Source of the DNA: Vannella sp.
Lineage: Eukaryota
Length of the DNA: 32,885 nucleotides
Direction: 5' to 3'
Assembly (NCBI GenBank): GCA_023345925.1
Contig: JAJQQN010000304.1
Location: 1 to 32,885, forward strand
In this document: piece after piece, positions 30,872 through 32,885 of the stretch
How positions within the stretch are numbered: the first letter of the stretch is position 1
Layout of the letters: each line of letters starts with the position of its first letter
The notes under the pieces: generated by a model
What the model saw: only the letters and a program-made list of their open reading frames with translations
The model's database searches: none
Told to the model about the DNA's origin: nothing
Made by a program: the position numbers and the translations under genes

Positions 30872-32885
30872 ATGCTCTCTTTGGAGGTTGCTGAGATGTT
30901 GAATGCTGCCTTCTATCATCCAGTTGTTAAGGGAGAGTGTTCTCTCATTACTTTAGGAGGCGGTCTCTCCTGGGAAGCAATGGAAGAGACGATATCTCCG
31001 ACGGTGTGGAAGCGGCTGTCATTTGACATGAGTGAAGGCCGCCTAGGGGTTCCTTGTGACGTTACAAACGCCTTTAGAGAGACTTCTATTCTCCTTCATC
31101 AGGTCTCAATCCAAGCCTTACTCGCCTCTCGAAACGCCAGCATGGCGGAAGGTCAATATCTCCTTCATTACGATGTCGATGCTGGAAAAGTCATGCAAAG
31201 CCTACAAGCTGCTAGTAGACTCTCGTTCGAAGAGTTTCCGCACCAGTTCATTGACTTGTTCGGGATTCTGACCGGATTGGTGTCACTTATTGAGCGTCTT
31301 TTGACAGACTTGGTCTCTGAGAGACTCCCTGAAGTCACTTTTCCGAGAGTCCTTAAAGAGATTTTGAGACACCCTTCTGTTGCAATGGTATTGAGTGACG
31401 TGCAGGTAACTACTTGATCTCCTGGAGAGGACTAGAACTAACCACCCAACCCTCTTTTCTTAGATTGGGGTCCTGCAGTGTCTGGTAGGCCCGCCGATTG
31501 GACTGAATCTAAGGAATATTATTTGGCATGGTTTTTGGTGCCCTTTTGATACAAGAGATCGGTCAGCGTCTTGTACTTTGATACGATACGTTGCTCTGAC
31601 ACTTTCTATTCTGATTGCACTTCCCAAGCCTTCGGGCCCACTCCAAACTACTATGATTCAGCCCTTTGCTATTTGTGATACCTTTCTCTTATCACCAGGA
31701 AACTCACTAAGTGAGATTGAACGAGAGAAGATTGTGACTGATTTTCGTTTTCTCTTTACTTTTTCCCCGTTCATCTTGGACAGCAGAGTCACTATCCTCT
31801 CTAGGGCAACCAAACTTCAGTTTGAAAATGAACCAAATGCTGGACAGGGTGCTCTCGCTTGCTATTTACTTTTGCCGGTTCTTGAAAATAGTTTTCGTCG
31901 AATGTTTGTTGCAGTTAACGGTCTAAGCGAAGAAATCCTGCAAGCGAAATCATCAACTTACTACACTACTCTGGATGTTTTCCTCTCCCGGCTATTATTA
32001 GTTCCTGGAGAAGAATGTGAAAAGACCACACGGGTTAACTCTGTTGCTGAAGAGTTAAAGGAGCCTTGTATGGACCTCTTAGAAGATCTGTTTATGAGCC
32101 CCAGAGGACCAAAGATACGTGACAAAGTGGCGCATTACCACTGGCAGCCATCGACCATTTCATTTAATCACAGCGAAATCCTTCTTTCTATCCTCATCTG
32201 GGTTTCTCTGCATTGCTGCGAAGAGGAGCAAGCGACCATGTGGAGGAATTACTGTTCTCCAGCTACAATAGACTGTTTGGATCGAATTGAAAAGTATCTT
32301 ACAGAGTATGCACCCGCCTTCCATCCCTGGGCTATCCTCCATCAAAGTATAACTCAAACAAGAATGGAGCTGGAATTGAGCCTTGAGCTGATCGCCCAAA
32401 CAAGGGAGAAATCAGCCGTTCAATTAGGAGATGGCTGGGAAGAACTTTCAGACTGTCTGAAGACACGTTCAGTCTCCCCTTTCCACTTAAACCAACCATC
32501 GAATCCCTATGGCCTATCAGCTAATGCAGAATTGAAAGTGCAAGGCATTCTCTCACATCATAATCTCCATCGGGAAAAAGGGTTCATTCCCTCGAGTCGG
32601 CCTGGCTCGATCGTGTTTAGCGAACAGCTTGTTTTGACCACCCAGCTGATGGAAGTCACTCTCCGATTCTTAATCAAGATACAGGAGACATGGGAGGATC
32701 TTAGTCAAAAGATTGTCACCGAAAAGGCCAATAAGAGGCAGATTGGTGCGTTCGACAGACTATGTGACTTTCTGGATGATTTCCTTCTTATGGCTGAACT
32801 GGCTATCTTGTTCGCGGAGATTTCTTATTGTGAACGTGGTTCTGTATCTAACCTCTGCTTGGCGAAGAAATTCCTTTGTAGCATG
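30872..32885 (+). CDS. ERMARD: ERMARD-like (DUF4209) protein, 3' truncated by the window edge; intron 31406-31463
   Basis: LVGPPIGLNLRNIIWHGF, LLLPVLENSFRRMF, YYTTLDVFL, LFMSPRGPKIRDKVAH; the second exon appears open to the window end, so it is absent from the ORF track. Confidence 0.82.

Noticed and set aside
1..32885. CRISPR arrays, tRNA or rRNA genes, prokaryotic operons, alternative genetic code
   Set aside because: None seen; genes are spliced eukaryotic genes and internal stops of the recognised genes fall in inferred introns under the standard code.

Overview
Gene-dense eukaryotic DNA with many short spliceosomal introns (mostly about 42-60 nt). The gene content (SAC9-type phosphatase, RMDN, single-pass GPS protein, Rac) suggests a protist, possibly an amoebozoan; this is inference only. 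Bases 1-3999 are a nearly complete, very compact Ty1/copia LTR retrotransposon. It has a 141-bp LTR, LTR copies identical over the 86 bp that can be compared, a half-tRNAiMet PBS, a single gag-pol ORF and several non-canonical catalytic motifs. It appears to sit inside a coding exon of a surface-protein gene with LRRs, a Ser/Thr mucin stalk, a GAIN/GPS site (HL|T) and a single TM helix. Tightly packed genes follow: ankyrin protein, SAC9-like phosphatase, Rac GTPase, Tim17/22-family protein, GPR180/TMEM145-like protein, M1 aminopeptidase with a DAMEN motif, DDX42, RMDN, MFS transporter, an orphan ORF, OGFOD1, an ABHD1/2/3-like hydrolase and ERMARD (runs off the end). Window-wide oddities are a high share of AAG 3' splice sites, TTTAGGG telo-boxes in a divergent promoter and very small intergenic gaps. 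All exon structures were inferred by hand, and family assignments come from recalled motifs, not database searches.
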